This document shows, piece by piece, positions 7,222 through 7,889 of a stretch of DNA of 7,889 nucleotides. Made by a program: the position numbers and the translations under genes. The DNA is from a virus (taxonomy: Duplodnaviria; Heunggongvirae; Uroviricota; Caudoviricetes), in IMG/VR virus record IMGVR_UViG_2734482783_000012; one strand, given 5' to 3'. Within the stretch, counting starts at the first letter, position 1, and each line of letters begins with the position of its first letter. The notes under the pieces are model-generated. The model had not been told where the DNA came from and did not search any database. It was given only the letters and a program-made list of their open reading frames with translations.

Positions 7222-7245
7222 GAGCCCGCAGTATGCGGGTTTCAT
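7222..7245. terminator. Hairpin between convergent ogr and the minus-strand ORF; probable bidirectional intrinsic terminator
   Basis: Stem CCCGCA (7225-7230), loop GTA, stem TGCGGG (7234-7239), extendable by A-T and G-U pairs to 7223/7241. It is followed by TTT on the + strand and by CATTTTAC on the minus strand. It starts 4 nt after the ogr stop and overlaps the stop of the minus-strand ORF. Confidence 0.5.
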
Positions 7246-7889
7246 CGTAGTAGCCCTTTCGTCAGCTCTTCATTGGTACAGTATTTATAGAGATCCTTAA
7301 GCCCTTGTTCGATCCACACCATTTCTTCAAGAGCATACCCTGAAAAACCATACATGACGCTATTGAGCCCCAGCATCTGCGATGTATCTTCATTATCAAT
7401 TATTGAGTCATAAAAATGCCTCAATTCAATGACTGCCACATAGCCTAAATTAGCATTTTCATAAAAAGCTGAGTCAAGTTTAGCTATATCATATAAATAC
7501 TTTGCGAAAGTCGCTACTGAGGGTTTGATTAGCTCTCCCCCCGAAACAGAAACGTCATTTTCTGTTACGGTCCAACGCATTTTTCCTGCTGTAGTTCTTA
7601 CGATACTGAAGCTGAGAGGGCACTCGTTCATAGGGCTTTGCTCGTATGGGGCAAACTCTTTACATAATCCCTTTATTTTTTGGCTTATATACCAAGCTAA
7701 CTGGCACTCTCGGGCAAAAATTTTCTTGAGGGCACTAATCTCATTTTTTTTTGCTTTTGATTTACGGCGCCAATCTAGTACTTCTCTTACAACGAAAAGA
7801 CAAATTGCAACAAAAGCAGATACTGGGATTAATGAACCGTTTGTCAACAGGCTTAGCCAATCGTACTGCGCAGCAGTTTCTACAGCCAT
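7242..7889 (-). CDS. Hypothetical membrane-anchored protein (215 aa); AT-rich accessory gene of unknown function
   Basis: Uninterrupted 215-codon ORF whose ATG is the last three bases of the window. Residues about 18-37 (SLIPVSAFVAICLFVVREVL) form a predicted transmembrane helix, followed by a basic stretch RRKSKAKKNE and a soluble domain of about 170 aa with no motif I recognise. GC content by eye is about 30-40%, against about 55% for the tail genes. It is convergent with ogr. Confidence 0.6.
   Translation of the reverse strand: MAVETAAQYDWLSLLTNGSLIPVSAFVAICLFVVREVLDWRRKSKAKKNEISALKKIFARECQLAWYISQKIKGLCKEFAPYEQSPMNECPLSFSIVRTTAGKMRWTVTENDVSVSGGELIKPSVATFAKYLYDIAKLDSAFYENANLGYVAVIELRHFYDSIIDNEDTSQMLGLNSVMYGFSGYALEEMVWIEQGLKDLYKYCTNEELTKGLLR

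Noticed and set aside
1-7889. CRISPR arrays, tRNA or rRNA genes, insertion sequences or transposase genes
   Set aside because: I saw no regularly spaced direct repeats, no tRNA-like cloverleaf candidates in the four short intergenic gaps and no transposase-like ORF. The only recombinase is the small serine invertase.
7242-7889. Minus-strand ORF after ogr as the P2-type tyrosine integrase
   Set aside because: In P2 the leftward gene after ogr and attP is int, but this product is only 215 aa, has an N-terminal transmembrane helix, lacks any recognisable tyrosine-recombinase catalytic motifs and differs strongly in GC content.

Overview
This window is the distal tail module of a P2-family temperate myovirus, most likely a prophage in a GC-rich enterobacterial genome. 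All genes but the last are on the + strand, tightly packed, at roughly 55% GC by eye. In order: a complete Gin/Hin/Pin-family DNA invertase (1-579), tail sheath FI (644-1831), tail tube FII (1844-2362), tail chaperone E (2424-2705) with its -1 frameshift product E+E' (to 2857), tape measure T (2850-5279), U (5291-5755), D (5758-6930) and the zinc-finger late activator Ogr (6997-7218). The only element not explained by the P2 core is a convergent, strongly AT-rich (about 30-40% GC by eye) 215-aa ORF on the minus strand (7242-7889). It has an N-terminal transmembrane helix, no motif I can recognise, and sits 23 bp from ogr across a shared hairpin. That gene is the best candidate for accessory or defence cargo, but its function cannot be assigned from sequence alone and any partner genes would lie beyond the window edge. 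No tRNA, rRNA, CRISPR array or transposase is visible. All identifications rest on reading the supplied translations against remembered P2-family proteins; no database search was run.
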